From Eledone cirrhosa (Eukaryota), in NCBI GenBank assembly GCA_964016885.1, contig OZ024742.1, forward strand, positions 331,018,001-331,082,000: a DNA stretch of 64,000 nucleotides, given 5' to 3'. This document shows positions 14,551 through 28,847 of this stretch, piece by piece. Each line of letters begins with the position of its first letter. Positions within the stretch are counted from its first letter, which is position 1. Made by a program: the position numbers and the translations under genes. The notes under the pieces are model-generated. The model saw only the letters and a list, made by a program, of their open reading frames with translations, made no database searches and was not told where the DNA came from.

Positions 14551-17500
14551 TAAAGGAAATAGAAAAACAATCTACAGACGGAAAACTTATAACTGAACAT
14601 ATAAACTCTGAAATTAAGAATTTAGCTGAAATTATACCAACAGTTATCAAAGATACAAGAGAAAGCCTACCACAACCCCCTTGGATGTCTGAAATAAACG
14701 AAAGAAATTTGGAAAACAAAACACATCGAATAAGAAAAGAAATGTGGAAGACATGGAAAAAATTCCGTAACATAAGAAAACAACATTTCTGGAAACGGCA
14801 CCCATACTCCCTCGTAAATACCTAATTACAGAAATTGCAGGAGAACCAGAAGAAGAAACAAAACTCCGATGGGAACTTACAGTGACAAAATTCAGGACCG
14901 ACATCTCCATTTCTGAATGTAAACAATCCCGCTACAAAGCCAAATATGAAGCTATTGATGAGCAAATTGAAGTTGAAATTTCAAAGCTAACGACTGGTAT
15001 TATAGCTGAAAAACTACGAGAACTATGGATCGGAGATATCTCAAAAGAAGAAAACAAATCAAGAAAGGTATGGCATCAGAAACAATTATTTCTTGATGAA
15101 TATGCTGCAAATTACGGTAAAGACTCTGGAACCCTGTGAAAAAGCATTAAAAGTGGACAATCTTATCAACACAACATACGCCAGAACACGTGCCAACACA
15201 AACACTCACCTTACCTTGAATCAAAGAAGAACTACGGTAATAACTCTTCGCTTTTTCTACAAAAACACCCTATCGCACACAACATAAACAAAAAGCACAA
15301 ACACGATAGGTATTCCTTTGACCAGACCATGAGAAGTAGTAAAACCAGGAGATCATTCTCAAGATCTCAACAGAGACTACCAACAAGGAATGTGGAAACA
15401 AAACGTAGAATAACCAGATCACTCTCAAGATCTCAACAGTGATTGCCCACAAGAAACTGGACGAAAAAACGATCTAAACCTGAAAGCAAACCTAGGTCAT
15501 TTTCCCAGATTGTTAAAAATAATGCTAACAGGAAGAAAAATAATATACAGAATACCAAAAATAGGACAAAATACTTAACAAAACCAAATATAATATCACG
15601 ACCAAAAGTTCATCAAGCGAACACCAACAGGAATATAAATCCTGAACAGAGAAAAATTCATTTTTTAACGTCAGGACAACAAAAACCGGAAAAAGAAAAA
15701 CTCCAGGAGGAAACATACCCAAAACATCTGTACACGTAGATCCTAAAGTAATTAATTTATCTAAAAGAGATCTTGACAATGATGAAATGCAAATTCTGTC
15801 AAAAGACTGAAATTCACACCGTCTCCAACAGTCAACCACCAAGAACTGAAGGAGGATACCCAAGAATTCTGTCGAAAATTACGTCTTGTAGAATTCTTCG
15901 CTGATAAAAATAATGAGTGATGAATCACTAGTAAAGAATAAATCAAATTTCACTCCGCCAAAAGGAAGAAATATCTATCTCGACCAATACATTGACATCC
16001 TGTCTAAATTTCCTCTTAGACATAATACTAATGTTAGGCCAAACATTAAAAAATCAGAAATGTCTGCACTTAAACGTATACAAAATGATAAAACAATAAT
16101 AATTAAACAAGCAGATAAAGGGGGTGCAGTTGTTATAATGGATACTGAATACTACAAGGATTTTGTTGAGGAACAACTGAAAGATCAACATTCTATCATG
16201 AAATACCGTCAAATATAGACCACAACACCATGAAGAAGATCAACAACCTGGCTTCAAAATACCACAACTCATTTACTGATAAGGAAAGAGACTACATCAC
16301 CAATTTTGAGCCGAAACTCAACAACCTGTATGGCCTACCGAAAGTTCACAAGTCAAAAGAAATACAACTGGCAGTAAGAGAACAAAACAGTGAGTACATT
16401 AAATTATTACACCCAAAAGACTTAAAACTTAGACCTATTATAGCTGGTCCAACATGCCCCACTCACCGTCTAAGCAATTTTGTTGACATTATTTTGAAAC
16501 CACTATGTATTCACATACCCAGTTTCATCCGGGATGATATCGACTTCCTGTCCCATCTTCCCAAAACCACGGAAACGAATTCACTTCTACTTAATTTTGA
16601 TGTGGTAAGCCTTTACACCAACATTACACATGATTTAGGAATAAAGGCGGTTAAATACTGGGTGGAAAAACATAGAGAAGTGATTCCCATTAGATTCACA
16701 GCGCCATTTATATTAGACGCAGTTAAACTTATTCTGGAAAACAACACTTTCTTCTTCAATGGAAAGAATTACATCCAAATTAGAGGCACAGCGATGGGAA
16801 CGAAGTTTGCTCCCGTTTACGCGAACTCTGTAATGGGATACTTAGAACAACAACTCTACCAAGAAATAGAGGAAAAATATAGTACTGACTTTAGAAAGTA
16901 CATTAAAAAATCTTGGAAGAGATACCTTGACGACTGTTTCATCATCTGGACAGAATCTCTAGATACCCTGGATGAGTTCAATATCCTCCTGAATAACCTA
17001 CACCCTTCTCTCCAATTCACAAAAGAGATGAGTAGGACCAAATTACCATTCCTAGATATAATGATAATCAAAAACGACACCACCATTACCACGGATATAT
17101 ATTATAAACACACAGACACCCATCAATATCTGAATTTTAAGTCGTGCCATCCACCTCATACAAAACGCAACATCCCATACTGCCTAGCCAGAAGAATTTG
17201 TACCATTGTAGAAGATACGAATACCAGGTACAAACGCCTAATAGAACTAAGAGAATTTTTGCTCATACAAAAATACCCATCTCTACTTATAGAAAATGGC
17301 ATACAGCGGGCTATAAAAATACCTATACAACAACTTAGAACAACCCAAGGAAGAAGAAACCAAGAACTGGTCATACCATTTATAATGACACACAACCCAT
17401 GTCACCAGAATATCTTCAACACTGCCAAAGCAAACCTACCGATCTTTGCTCAAAGTAATGAATTAAAAGGCTTAATCACAGATCGATCTTTGACTCTTAG

Positions 17501-17969
17501 TAAAAGACAGCCAAAAAATGTGAAGCAATTGCTAACAAAAGCAAAGTTTGACCTTAACAACAAAGACCAATCATTCACTGTATCTAAATGCAATGATAAT
17601 CGATGCGGCACATGTCAATCCATACACGCCGGTCAATATATGAAAACAAAAACTGGAAAAATATTCCCAAAAGCAAATATGAACTGCAAAAGCAGAAATC
17701 TAATTTAATGCATTAAATGCCCGAATTGTGAAGAACTATATGTCGGTCAAACTGGAAATGCACTATCGGAACGTGCACGGGTACACCGTCAACAAATCAG
17801 AGACCCAAATGTCCGTCAGATACCCCTAAGCGGCCACCTGGCAACATGTGGTCAGGGAATATTTATAATATTCCCATTCTACAAATTACACAGCCCAAGT
17901 GAAATCAAGAGAAAAATCAAAGAAAAGAATTTTATTGATAAATTCAAACCCAAGCTAAATGAACAATAA
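14551..17969 (+). pseudogene. PLE polyprotein (RT + Cys linker + GIY-YIG endonuclease), disrupted
   Basis: KQADKGGAVV, YGLPKVHK, LRPIIAG, FDVVSLYTNI, GTAMGT, WKRYLDD, LPFLD, YYKHTDT; C..RCGTC; NLI*CIKCPNCEELYVGQT..HRQQI..H..C..E..FI..PKLN, stop at 17967-69; several frameshifts and stops. Confidence 0.95.
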
Positions 17970-18014
17970 TAACGTCTAGGGGTATTACTTCTACTACCAC
18001 TATGACCACTAACT

Positions 18015-18050
<36 letters not shown>

Positions 18051-18342
18051 AATAATAATAAAAGTGATGTTGATGGTGATGATTAATAGAAAATGCTATT
18101 TTCATCATTTCAAAAAAGCAAAACAATTGATACGTTGGATATGACTATTGGTCGTTAGCATGCTCAGCCAGCCGTGACGCTTAAACCAATCAGCTGCAGT
18201 AATTCAGTGAAACTAGACACTGATTGGTCGAAATACAGTTTACAGGGCTTTGCATTCTGGAGCCACTTTTCTCTGTATAAAATGTATAAAAGGTAGGAAA
18301 TTTACAGTTGAAAATTGCAAACTCGACTGTCACCACATATCA

Positions 18343-18381
18343 TGAACCTGAAGATTGCGAAAGCATGAAAGTACTTGTTCA
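18343..18381 (+). ncRNA. Minimal type-I hammerhead ribozyme in the PLE pseudo-LTR
   Basis: tgaac CTGAAGA t-tgc-gaaa-gca-t GAAA gtac TT gttca: 5-bp stem I, palindromic GTAC stem III. Confidence 0.88.
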
Positions 18382-19026
18382 ATTAACACTTAGAATTTAA
18401 TATTCTATCATACTATTTCATTATAATACCATTATATATATTTTAAAGGATTGTAAATAAAACGAGTAAATCAGACAAAGTTTGAATTCCTCTTATTAAT
18501 ATATATATATATATATGGTAAATTCCTTTAAGTCGTTTGGAAGCCTCGACAATGCAGATGGGAAAATGTCCGGGTAACAAGATCCGGTGGTGGAGAGAGA
18601 GATGTAAGTGGGTGAACGTTGAGATGCGAGGCGTGTATAAGACTGTAACATGTAGAGGAATGAAGGAAAGGGCGTAAAGGATAACAATAAAAATAACAAC
18701 ACGAGAAAGAGTTATCTTGGGAGAGATTTAATTGTCCCTATATATTTCGGATTCACATCATCAACTGTTTTTTTCCGGGGGGGGGGGGGGTTGTCTGTCG
18801 GATAGTTATTTTCTTCTCCTTTGTTGTCCATCCATGATTTGACTACTGTGATTTACTGTTTAATTGGTGAAATATATTTTTTATTTAAACAAATATATAC
18901 AAAGGAGATTAATCATTTAAAAAGTTATCTATATTTGTAGTTCTAATTAAACTTTAATTAGTTACCTCCCTAGCTATGTGTGCTTACATTCGTTACAGAT
19001 TATCCCCTGTAATTGTTCCATATGTT

Positions 19027-19114
<88 letters not shown>

Positions 19115-19175
19115 ATCTATTTCTAGTTGATTTCTAGTTGATATATATATATATATATATATTTTTTTTTTCTCA

Positions 19176-19998
19176 ATCACATTTTTATATTTGTTTGACC
19201 CGAATTACTTGGTCGTTTCTATGGCTGTGCGGATAATGGTTTAACCATCGTCTCAGTGTGTTTTGCCTTTTAACGTATGATGTAGCTCTGGTTCGTTAGA
19301 ATTATTGAGCGCTTGCCACACATCTCGGAAGTCGTTTTTCGCTAATTTCCAAAGCCGAAATACGATTCCCGCTAATTTATATTTGTATTAATCTCCAGAG
19401 TCTAGCTATTGACCAGTTAATTTTCTTGGTTGTTTTAGTTGATTCTATTGACTGATGAATAGATTTTGTTAACTTTAAAACCATTCTGTTGAGAAGTTAA
19501 TTCGTTTTGTGATGTTTTGCAATTTTACAATAATACACACATTCTGAATTCATCCGCCAAAAATAAGGGTTGCCTCCCTTGTCGAGCCCCACGTCGGTAT
19601 TGGTAACGGTCAATCCTTGGCTTGGCACTTGAACTAAAAGCCTGTTGAGAAAGTGACATCCTTGTTTAATCATCTCACCAGAAGCCTAACATTATTTGTC
19701 TAAGCGGAGAGTATTTGGTTTAGGTGTCGCAGAAACCCAAATGCTGGATTTTTACCAACCATCCAGGGGTCCGGGTAAATTTTTCGATCACATTTTTTTA
19801 TATGTTTGACCCGAATTACTTGGTCGTTTCTATGGCTGTGCGGATAATGGTTTAACCATCGTCTCAGTGTGTTTGTCCTTTTAACGTATGTTGTAGCTCT
19901 GGTTCGTTAGAATTATTGAGCGCTTGCCACACATCTCGGAAGTTGTTTTTCGCTAATTTACAAAGTCGAAATACGATTCTCGCTAATTTATATTTGTA
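19176..19998. mobile_element. Non-coding element with ~212-bp direct terminal repeats (unit ~611 bp) between (TA)n tracts
   Basis: 19176-19388 is repeated at 19787-19998; no ORF. Confidence 0.7.
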
Positions 19999-20018
19999 TA
20001 TATATATATATATATATA

Positions 20019-20370
20019 TTGCCCTCTCCGATTAGCAACTACTAACTTTTGGCCGCCTTCTGATCTTGGGCATTGTTCTCTGCTCTTCAGCCCTTTGGAT
20101 TGTGAGTAATATTATATTCCTTTGTTGGATAAATTTCGGAATACTTGACGATGTCACCGGATTCATACTGAAACCGGTCATTGAAATGTTCATATTATAA
20201 TAAATCTTTAAGGAATTACACCAGTCCTGCCTCCTGTCATCTGGTAATAATTAACTCCGTACTCGCTCCACCAACAACATAAACTAAGGCGGGTGAGTGC
20301 TATCCCTAATATTACATAGAGGTTGACTATACGGAATGACCAGTTCTATCCTGTCGTGAACCAACAAGCC

Positions 20371-20374
<4 letters not shown>
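20019..20374 (+). mobile_element. Probable PLE 3'-end fragment with degenerate HHR (20140-20182)
   Basis: TTGACGA..GAAA ccgg TC, AATAAA downstream, (TA)n on both sides. Confidence 0.5.
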
Positions 20375-20416
<42 letters not shown>

Positions 20417-20923
20417 AGATGGAATACCAAGGTTATTCATTTACGAACATGTTTTTTCTAAAATCGGTTCAATAATGATTGATGTAGTAGCAGTTAAATA
20501 AATTAATTGCGCAGTCAATCAATCATTTGTTATATATTACGCCCCCCTATTCATATAGTCAGGAAATATAGATTAATTAATTGTGTTACTTCGTACTGTT
20601 GAGATAATACACAGGCAAGCATTAAAAGGGTGAAAGAAACAATGAGAAAAATAAAAGAAGATTAATTGTGTACATAAACAATAGTGCGTTAATTTAAATA
20701 TTGCGTGGGAAATTAAATTGTAAGAAGTAAAATATTGTTAGAGGGAAACTTAAACGGAATTGAATATCTCTTTGCATAGCGAATATAATATTGTATACAA
20801 TTAAGTGCCCATTTGGGTGTCAGGACACATCTGGTGATGTTGTCCGTGGTAGCATCAAATAGTCATGTACGTATTAATGAATCAACCCACCCATCCCCTC
20901 AATCTATCTTATTTCTCATTATT

Positions 20924-20959
20924 TCTTCTGTTGAAGGACTAACGTCCGAAACGTTAGGA
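20924..20959 (+). ncRNA. Degenerate HHR (A6 mutated)
   Basis: CTGTTGA a ggac taac gtcc GAAA cgt TA after a pyrimidine-rich tract; (TA)n ~90 nt downstream. Confidence 0.55.
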
Positions 20960-22683
20960 CCGTCTTCCTGCTATATCAAGCGTTAACCTAATATATACCT
21001 TTCATATACTGTATCGATTGTGTTGTTATTTCTGTTTACCTTTTACATAAATATATATATATATATATGGGGGGGGTTATGTGGGTGTGTGTGCGTGTTT
21101 GTGTGTGTGCGTGCGTGTGTGTGTGTAATAAGCTACATGAATGTAGAAGAATCAACTAATATACTGGCAAGATGCGTTTAGCTCACTTCGTTATTCGGGT
21201 CAAAACAAGCAGTGATCAAACTATGGGTGTAATATGAAAAGTTATGATATTTCATTATGATAATGAAGCCGATGAAAGTCGCAGAGCATAAAGAAACGAA
21301 CACATGTTTATTTTACCATATGTGCACTAGAGTGTGACCGGTGTTTTAAAATGAAAATGATCATAAAACATTCTTCCTTGATTAAAATTAACTGGAGAAA
21401 ATATATTCAATACATATTTTTAAATATAATGATTTAACCCAGATAAAACTACATGCATCGTTAGCACGAATTTTCGGACGAAACTGTATCTCCTGTTAAT
21501 ATTCGATATGAATGAAGACATTCATGACGGGGTAGAATCTTTGACTAAATGTAAAAACAAACAAAACAAAAACAGCATGTGATGACACACTAATAAATAT
21601 TGAATCAGTAATAGTGAAAGATGAGCAACAGCAATATGGGAATATCATTAGAACTTCGGACGGAATGGTTCACGATATTTGTGCCACCTTTCTGCAACGA
21701 TATTCTATGGTGCGGGTTAATAAAGATTATACTGTGTAGAACTTGGAATTGATTATTCCTAACTTTCTCTCTATCTATTTCACTGGCAGAACTACGTTAT
21801 ATTCAGTCGTGTTTAACGATGGGCTTCGTTGAGTTTAAACGTCCAATTTCAAGTGCAATTTTATGACTGAATCCTACTTTCAGGTTTCATGGATCGATGG
21901 ATGTGAACATAGATGACTGTATCAAGAAAGATAACTAACGAGTTAACCCCAAACATAACTGAGGTAAAATAATGAAACAAATGAAATGATAGTGGGCTGT
22001 CAATGGTTCATAAAATATACTATATGATAGAGTTTCGTACTTAAAAATGAAACCATTATCAGGATTAATATTAGATAAAATGATATCACTTCGATGAAAG
22101 ATAAGTAATATTGAATAGCTATAAGTTATATATTTACTTCATTGAGGGTATAGGTTAATGTGTAGTATATGTATGTGTGTGTTTGTGTGTGTGTGTGTTG
22201 GAGGATGTGTGTGTGTGCATGTTTGTGTGTAAGTGGGTGTGTGTTTGTGTATGTGTGTGGGCGTGTGTGTGTATGTGTTCGTGTGTGTGTGTGTGTGTAA
22301 GTGTGTGTGTAAGTGTGTGTGAGTAAGTGTGTGTGTAAGTATTATATACATATACCGGAAACTTGCGAAAACATTTATTTGTAATATTATACGATAAAAT
22401 GAAAATCTATGCAAATTGTCAAAACAATTTTTTCTAAGAATTTCTACACATAAATATTTCAAAATATTTAATGTTCTCAAGCTGGTTACTAAGTCTTGTG
22501 TACAATCTTCAACTAATAGATATGAAGCTTAATGCCAATGCTTCCATGATTATTGATGAGTTAGAAATATCCAATAACCTGCTTTATACACGTCGTGAAT
22601 TCGATAATAATCAAGAATTATTGACGAAGAAAATTTATAAAATTTACTTTGAGTATTTCGAAAGAAAAACAATTTTACAGTTT

Positions 22684-23548
22684 ATCATAAACTGTAAAAC
22701 TAGAAACGTAGTCTATAGCATAATATGTACAGAGGGTACTTGCAGAAACATGAAAACAACATACATAGGTGAGGCAGCTCGTAGCTTAGGTGAAAGGACA
22801 GACCAACACTGGGGGGAACTAAAAGGACGAAAAAACGGGTCAGTACTATACGAACATGCTAGACAACAACATGACGGTAACATAGACAACATAGAAATTA
22901 GAATAATATCTAAACATAGAAATGACCCAGCAGATAGGCAAATCAGAGAGGCCAGTGAAATAGAAATTAGAAGACCAAAGCTAAACAGAAAGAATGAGTG
23001 GAATAGCAACAACACCCAAACAAACAACACTGACCTAAGAGAAGTATAAATAAGTAAATAAAATAAGATAAATAAATATATACACAAGCACAATAACAAC
23101 AAGCACATAAACACACACTAGTCACCCAGCAAACACAACACTATACACACTAGTCACACAGCAAACATAACACTATACACACACGCAAACGCATGCGCAA
23201 AGACAAAATAAAATAAACAAACAAGCAAATAAATAAATAAATATATAGACAGACTGAATAAAAAATGGTGTAGACATACAACACAACAGGAGGAAAATAT
23301 AACACCACTGACGATGTTGCAGATGTGCAACGAAAGATTTATGTAAATTATGTAAACTATATATATGTGTTTATGTCTATATTGTATCTGTAATATTGTT
23401 GACCGTCGTTCAGTCAATGGCAACATTGAGGACCGAGTAAGCTAGATTACAGATATAAAAGACAGCTAGAAGCGAAAACCAACCAAACAGTGAGTGTGTT
23501 CTGTTATTAATTCTGGCAATATTACACAAATATGACCCTCCCCAAGTA

Positions 23549-23553
<5 letters not shown>
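22684..23553 (+). mobile_element. 5'-truncated PLE, second lineage, subfamily A: GIY-YIG domain, 3'UTR and HHR (23304-23345)
   Basis: CKTRNVVYSIIC..C..YIGEAARSLGER..H..H..H..RQIREA..PKLNRKNEW (to 23049); CTGACGA t gttgca gatg tgcaac GAAA gatt TA; terminus atgaccctccccaagtataac then (TA)n. Confidence 0.9.
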
Positions 23554-23597
<44 letters not shown>

Positions 23598-23721
23598 GTG
23601 CAAGAGCACTCAATACCAAAGTAGTGTTTCACCTGTGTATAACAGAGTCATCAGACAAAATGATTTTCTGATAAACACTCGAATCTCGAAATTAAGAAGA
23701 CTCACTAATAAAATGAATATA

Positions 23722-23849
23722 CAGGGTCCGAAAAGAGTGTATACACAAAGAGAGTATACACAAAGAGTGTATACACAAAGGCTGTGCATTCTAATAAATA
23801 TTACCTGTACAGGTAATCAAAGTGTGTATACACATTTTGGGACACCCTA
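23722..23849. mobile_element. Tc1/mariner-type MITE
   Basis: TA|CAGGGT..aaaagagtgtatacac ... gtgtatacacattttgggacACCCT(A)|TA imperfect TIRs; internal 15-bp unit repeated three times. Confidence 0.6.
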
Positions 23850-26800
23850 TATATATGTATAACACTTCGAAATCTAACGTGTTAACTGCTAGAATATCGT
23901 ATACAAACAATCGGTAGACATATTTTATTGAAGATTGTGGCACAGAACTATATTTTATTGCTAAACATAGGGTGGTAGAGGTCCTCGGCCAAATGCTTAT
24001 TTTTCCGGCCTTTTACTTCCCAATTTCAAATCTCAACGTGGTCAACATTGACATTCGTAATTTTGGAGAGACGATAAATTAAAGTCCCAGTAAAGTAAAG
24101 CTGGCGCTGTGCCTAAATTAGAAATCATGATATTTCTAAACAAATTTTTCAAATTAAGATTTGAATAATTTAAATGGAATGGCAAAAACGTATTGTCATA
24201 TCAACCAGACCAAGAGAACAATGTTTCCAATACTTTCTCCGTTGTGGATACTGTCTTTTGGTTGAAACGCCTAAGAAAAGTGGGCGGGGTTTGAAATCCT
24301 AACAGATAGTGTCAGATAAGATTCCTGAAATCATTCCACTGACACATCAAGAATTCCGCCTATAAAATACTGCTGTACTGATTTTTGTCTATATACCCCG
24401 ATAGGATATCATTTATCAATCGTTTAACTAAATTTCTAGACAATAACCTGGATCAAATACCATTCTTTCTTAGTAATAAAACTCACATATAAATAATTTT
24501 ATGACAAATTTGAAATATATCGTAATGTGTGTGAAATTGTTAAAGAATAGCAGATAGATGCACATTTCCTCCAAACACCTATTTCTGTATAATAATATCA
24601 TGAGACAATGTGACGATTAATAGTAGAAGATTGTTTCAATATTGCCATTTTCTATCCCCTTCATCGAACATTATATTGGCAACTATAACCTCTTATCATA
24701 TAATGCTAAAGGGTAGGTCCAATTCTATTCTTCTATTAATTACAATTGTGGGGGTTTGTCAAGCTTCATCTAAAATTCAGATATAGAGTTCTCACTACAT
24801 AATTTCAATAACTATATCAACGAATCCTGTTACAGCTACGGAGAAAGGGCATCGACACCTTCATTAAAGGACACACTGTCTCTAGCGTAGATTGCATAAA
24901 TACAGAGCTTCTGAAGCGTTGTTGTAAAATGATTACTCTTCTCAGTCACAGAATATGGGAATGAAAAAGTATCACCAGGACTGATAAAATCAGTTCGTTT
25001 ATCGATATGTAAATCAGGTTCAGAATTTCAACAGAAAATGTTAGTGTAATATACCTTCTATTAACAATGCTGAAATTGCCGGTTCGTATATATTTAGAGC
25101 GACTAAATAAGCACAGATTTGTTCCAGAATCACAATGGAGGTTCATATTTATAAAGAGGACAATCGGTATGATATTCAGTTACCCACCACCTGGAAAGCT
25201 GCATTGAACAAATTATGCCTTTGAAGCATATTTTAATGTATTTTTCTATGGGTTTGATAATGTGAATATCGATGCACACTGAATGCTCTTTTTAAAAAAA
25301 ATGGATGTCCGGAAAAAAATTGTTATAAAGATTAAGGATATGAACGCTAGAATGCATTATTACTTTCAGAAAACTTTGCTGTGGAAAATGATTTGAATCA
25401 GGATGTGCTTGATTTTCCAAAACGTTTCGCTAAATAGTGTACGAGAAAGCATTATTCTGCATTCATTAACTTTAAGATACCATTTATATACGCTTTTGTA
25501 CTATTGGAAACTATATTAATCTCACTAGATGGAACTTTGACTTCGAGGTCTTTAATTATCACCTTTACATCGATGAGTATAACTTGGTATCTCAAAGTGA
25601 GATCGGTTTACAGATCTAAACCAATACATTTGACGTTGCATCTGGCATCAATATATTAACAATCAATAATGAAAATTAGTAACATACCAACCTTCACTGG
25701 AGCAGGACGCTGATCTTGCTCAAATATATGTAAAAGGTGAAACCGTAGCATATGCAGATTATTTTTTGTGTACGACGGTAGCATCGTTAATTAAACCTTA
25801 ACTGGGAAGGTGTAAAAGATTTCGTAGCAAATAAACAAACACAAAAAAAAGACATTACTACGGAAAAATATGATTTTACTTAACACAAGTAAATTAATCG
25901 TGTATCTGCTAATCGTGTGGTAACATGTATTTCTAAGGCTGGCGTAACATCACATCTCAAAACACATCTTCATAGGCTAATCAGCCTTATTTATAGAACG
26001 ACACCTGAGTCAGGCATGGCTCAAAAATGGCATTTAAATGTAATCAACAAATACGCAGGAAAAGCAATATGATACACCTGGAATATGACATATTTGCACT
26101 GTTTTCTTGCAAATTGAAAACAGCTCTTGCGATCATATGTCAACACCTACTCGCTTTCTTATGTCGACACCTTGACTGCTTCTGTTTCCTTCCCCTTTAA
26201 AATACATACTCTACTCATCAGGCAGTATACTAAAAATTGCTGCGCCTTAGTAGAGCATATTATCTAGATATTTAACACTTTTAAACTAGCAATATGGAAA
26301 CATTGAGCAATATAGTTGGATATGTAAAACGTTATTGATTACATTAATATAAGTATGTCATTACACATATTTTTCTACAAGCATATATACACGTTATTGG
26401 GTGGCTGCTGTCTCTCATTACAGGACAGTGTATACACATTAACCTCTCAGATCAGCTGGTCACCTGTAGTAGCCTCTTTTGTCATCAAAACAACGATACT
26501 GTAACAATTAGTCTGGAATATGTTATTAATAATACAAACCTAGCAATTTCAACATTCTGTGAGCACGTGCCAGTTTGCTTTCGTTTTATCTCCCCGACTC
26601 TTCCTTTTTTTATTCATTCTTGTCTAATTTTCAGATGGGCGCATCCTGTGTAACAAGCATTTACTTCATCGAAACTATCATCTACGCGTTGTATACTCTA
26701 TCAACTTGCTGTGATCGTTCATAATGGTGTCATAAAACTATTTCGACTATATTCGTATATGCACACAAACGTGTGCATATATGAATAGAGTGGATCATGT

Positions 26801-27918
26801 TTTCTGACTGGCCTCTCCTCTTTACGTCCACATATTTAGTTTGTTGGATTTTTCACGAACATTTCTATTCAGTAAAAATTGGTTATATTTGTTATTTTAG
26901 GATTGGATTTAGGAGTTTTGCTGTCTAGATATCAAATCTCTTTATGGCCATTCACATATGGTATTTTATTATGTAATAATTCACATACTTCGTTTTCGTC
27001 AGTGTATAGGTGGCCGGTTAAACTTTTGAATTTGTATGCAAATAATAATGTTTTGGAGAATTACAATTTGCTACTCACGTAAAATTTGTAATTGTTTTGG
27101 TAATTGATTTAAAACATGAAATTCTTTCAAAAATTGTTATCTGGGGATTTTTAAACTTCATTCTTTACTTTTGTGAGCTGTTTAAAGTGAATTTGTTGTG
27201 GTATCTTGAAATAAGGGGTTGACTAAACAATAAATTACAGTAACAAATGCGATTATATACGTTACTTTATATATTGTCTATCATTGAATCAATAGTCGTA
27301 ACTCAATAGTAGAATATACAGAAGATCTTTCCTAGACAAACAAACCCAAAAATACTTCTCTGCCACGGAATAAATGGATTCTAGGGCATCCAAAGATAGC
27401 AGATTCCTAATCCCACAACGTCAGTATTATTCTTTGCAACAGTAAATTTCACATACGAAATTTTATATATTAAATGAGATTGTGCTTTAGCTTCATTCAT
27501 CCTATAGATAAGACTTACACACTTCCAGTATCTTTAAGGTTTAATCATAAAAATAAACGAAAATAGCAAGATAAATTGAAAAGCGAAATAATGTTTAGTA
27601 CGTTTTAACTTCATTTGTGCTTTTAAAAATAAATTTTAAACACGAGATGCATTAATGAGAAATAGGTTTTGATAGGAACCGCCTTATGCCCGCTAGAAAT
27701 GATATCCCATTTCATCCATAATAATATCGCTATCTCAAAATGGTTTATATATATGAAAATGCACAAAGAATAGCAAGAAATGGGTATAGGCTATACAAAT
27801 CCATGCCATGAAGACAGCTCAAACAATACATTGATGGTGACAGAGGGGAAGAGATATAGACAGAGAAAAAAGCAAAGAGAATGTTTTGGAAAGATAAATA
27901 AAAAAATATATATATATC

Positions 27919-27949
<31 letters not shown>

Positions 27950-28072
27950 GTGTGCATGTGTGTGTGCGTGTGTGTTTGTATGTGTGTATGTGTGTCTGCG
28001 TGTGTGTGTGTATGTGTGCATGCGTGTTATATATATATGTATATATATATATATACATAGGAACAGGTCGGA

Positions 28073-28166
28073 CCCCGACGGCTGAGCTCAAGCCGTTTCG
28101 ACGGCTAATTCTGGACTAAATGAAAATGTTTAGCCTGGTAAATGAATAACCGAACATCTCAGGGGG
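28073..28166 (-). ncRNA. Large type-I HHR with full stem III and branched stem II (1-nt core deletion)
   Basis: cccc CTGA-GA ..cggtta..[ggctaaa/tttagtc]..tagccg.. GAA acggct tgagctc agccgT C gggg. Confidence 0.6.
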
Positions 28167-28455
28167 TAATTCCATATATGGTAAAAGGGATTGTCACAAG
28201 TTTTGGTCGAAAGTTTGTTGTTGAAAAACATGAATCTATCATGGCATTTTGTGGAAGTTAGGAGTAGCTGAATTTGCCAGTAGAAGAAAGAGGGAGAGGG
28301 AGTGGAGGAAACCCAGTCAATCGTTAAAAGTGACAACTACAGCAGATTCTAAGGATAGTGTATAGAAGGTCGAAAAAATTATACTAGCAAAGGGGAGGAG
28401 GGAGGAAGTTGAAACAATAAATAGATCTAAATGGAGTAAATATATAGAAAATATA

Positions 28456-28524
<69 letters not shown>

Positions 28525-28525
<1 letters not shown>

Positions 28526-28790
28526 AATATATTTGTTTTGCGAGGTTTTTGATATGAACTCGTGTGTCGGAACAAATATTGTTATACTTGGGGAGGGTCA
28601 TATTGTTGTAATAATATTGCCGGAAATAATAGCAGAACATACTAATTGTTTGGTTGGTAATCGCTTCTGTATATTTTATATGGAGATATAAAAGATACAG
28701 AGGTGAAAACCAGCCAAAGAGTGAGTATGTTCTGTTATTATTTCCGGCCAATATTATTACAACAATATCACCCTCGCCAAGTATAACACT
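28525..28790. mobile_element. Fold-back pair of subfamily-A PLE 3' termini
   Basis: gttatacttggggagggtcat (28581-28601, -) and tcaccctcgccaagtataac (28768-28787, +); (TA)n on both sides. Confidence 0.75.
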
Positions 28791-28794
28791 ATAC

Positions 28795-28845
<51 letters not shown>

Positions 28846-28847
<2 letters not shown>

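Larger units (their letters stand above)
13798..18500 (+). mobile_element. Penelope-like element (Neptune-type architecture), 5'-truncated, bounded by ~755-bp inverted repeats
   Basis: 13798-14550 is the reverse complement of 17738-18500; RT plus GIY-YIG ORF inside; (TA)n immediately right and ~55 bp to the left. Confidence 0.95.

Noticed and set aside
19676-19735. Hairpin-ribozyme-like AGAA-G..GTC arrangement
   Set aside because: Helix 1 does not pair, spacing to GTC is off by one, and no loop B strand is present
26600-26760. Strong splice-acceptor-like site (..ctaattttcag at ~26634)
   Set aside because: Following frames close within ~30 codons and show no recognisable homology
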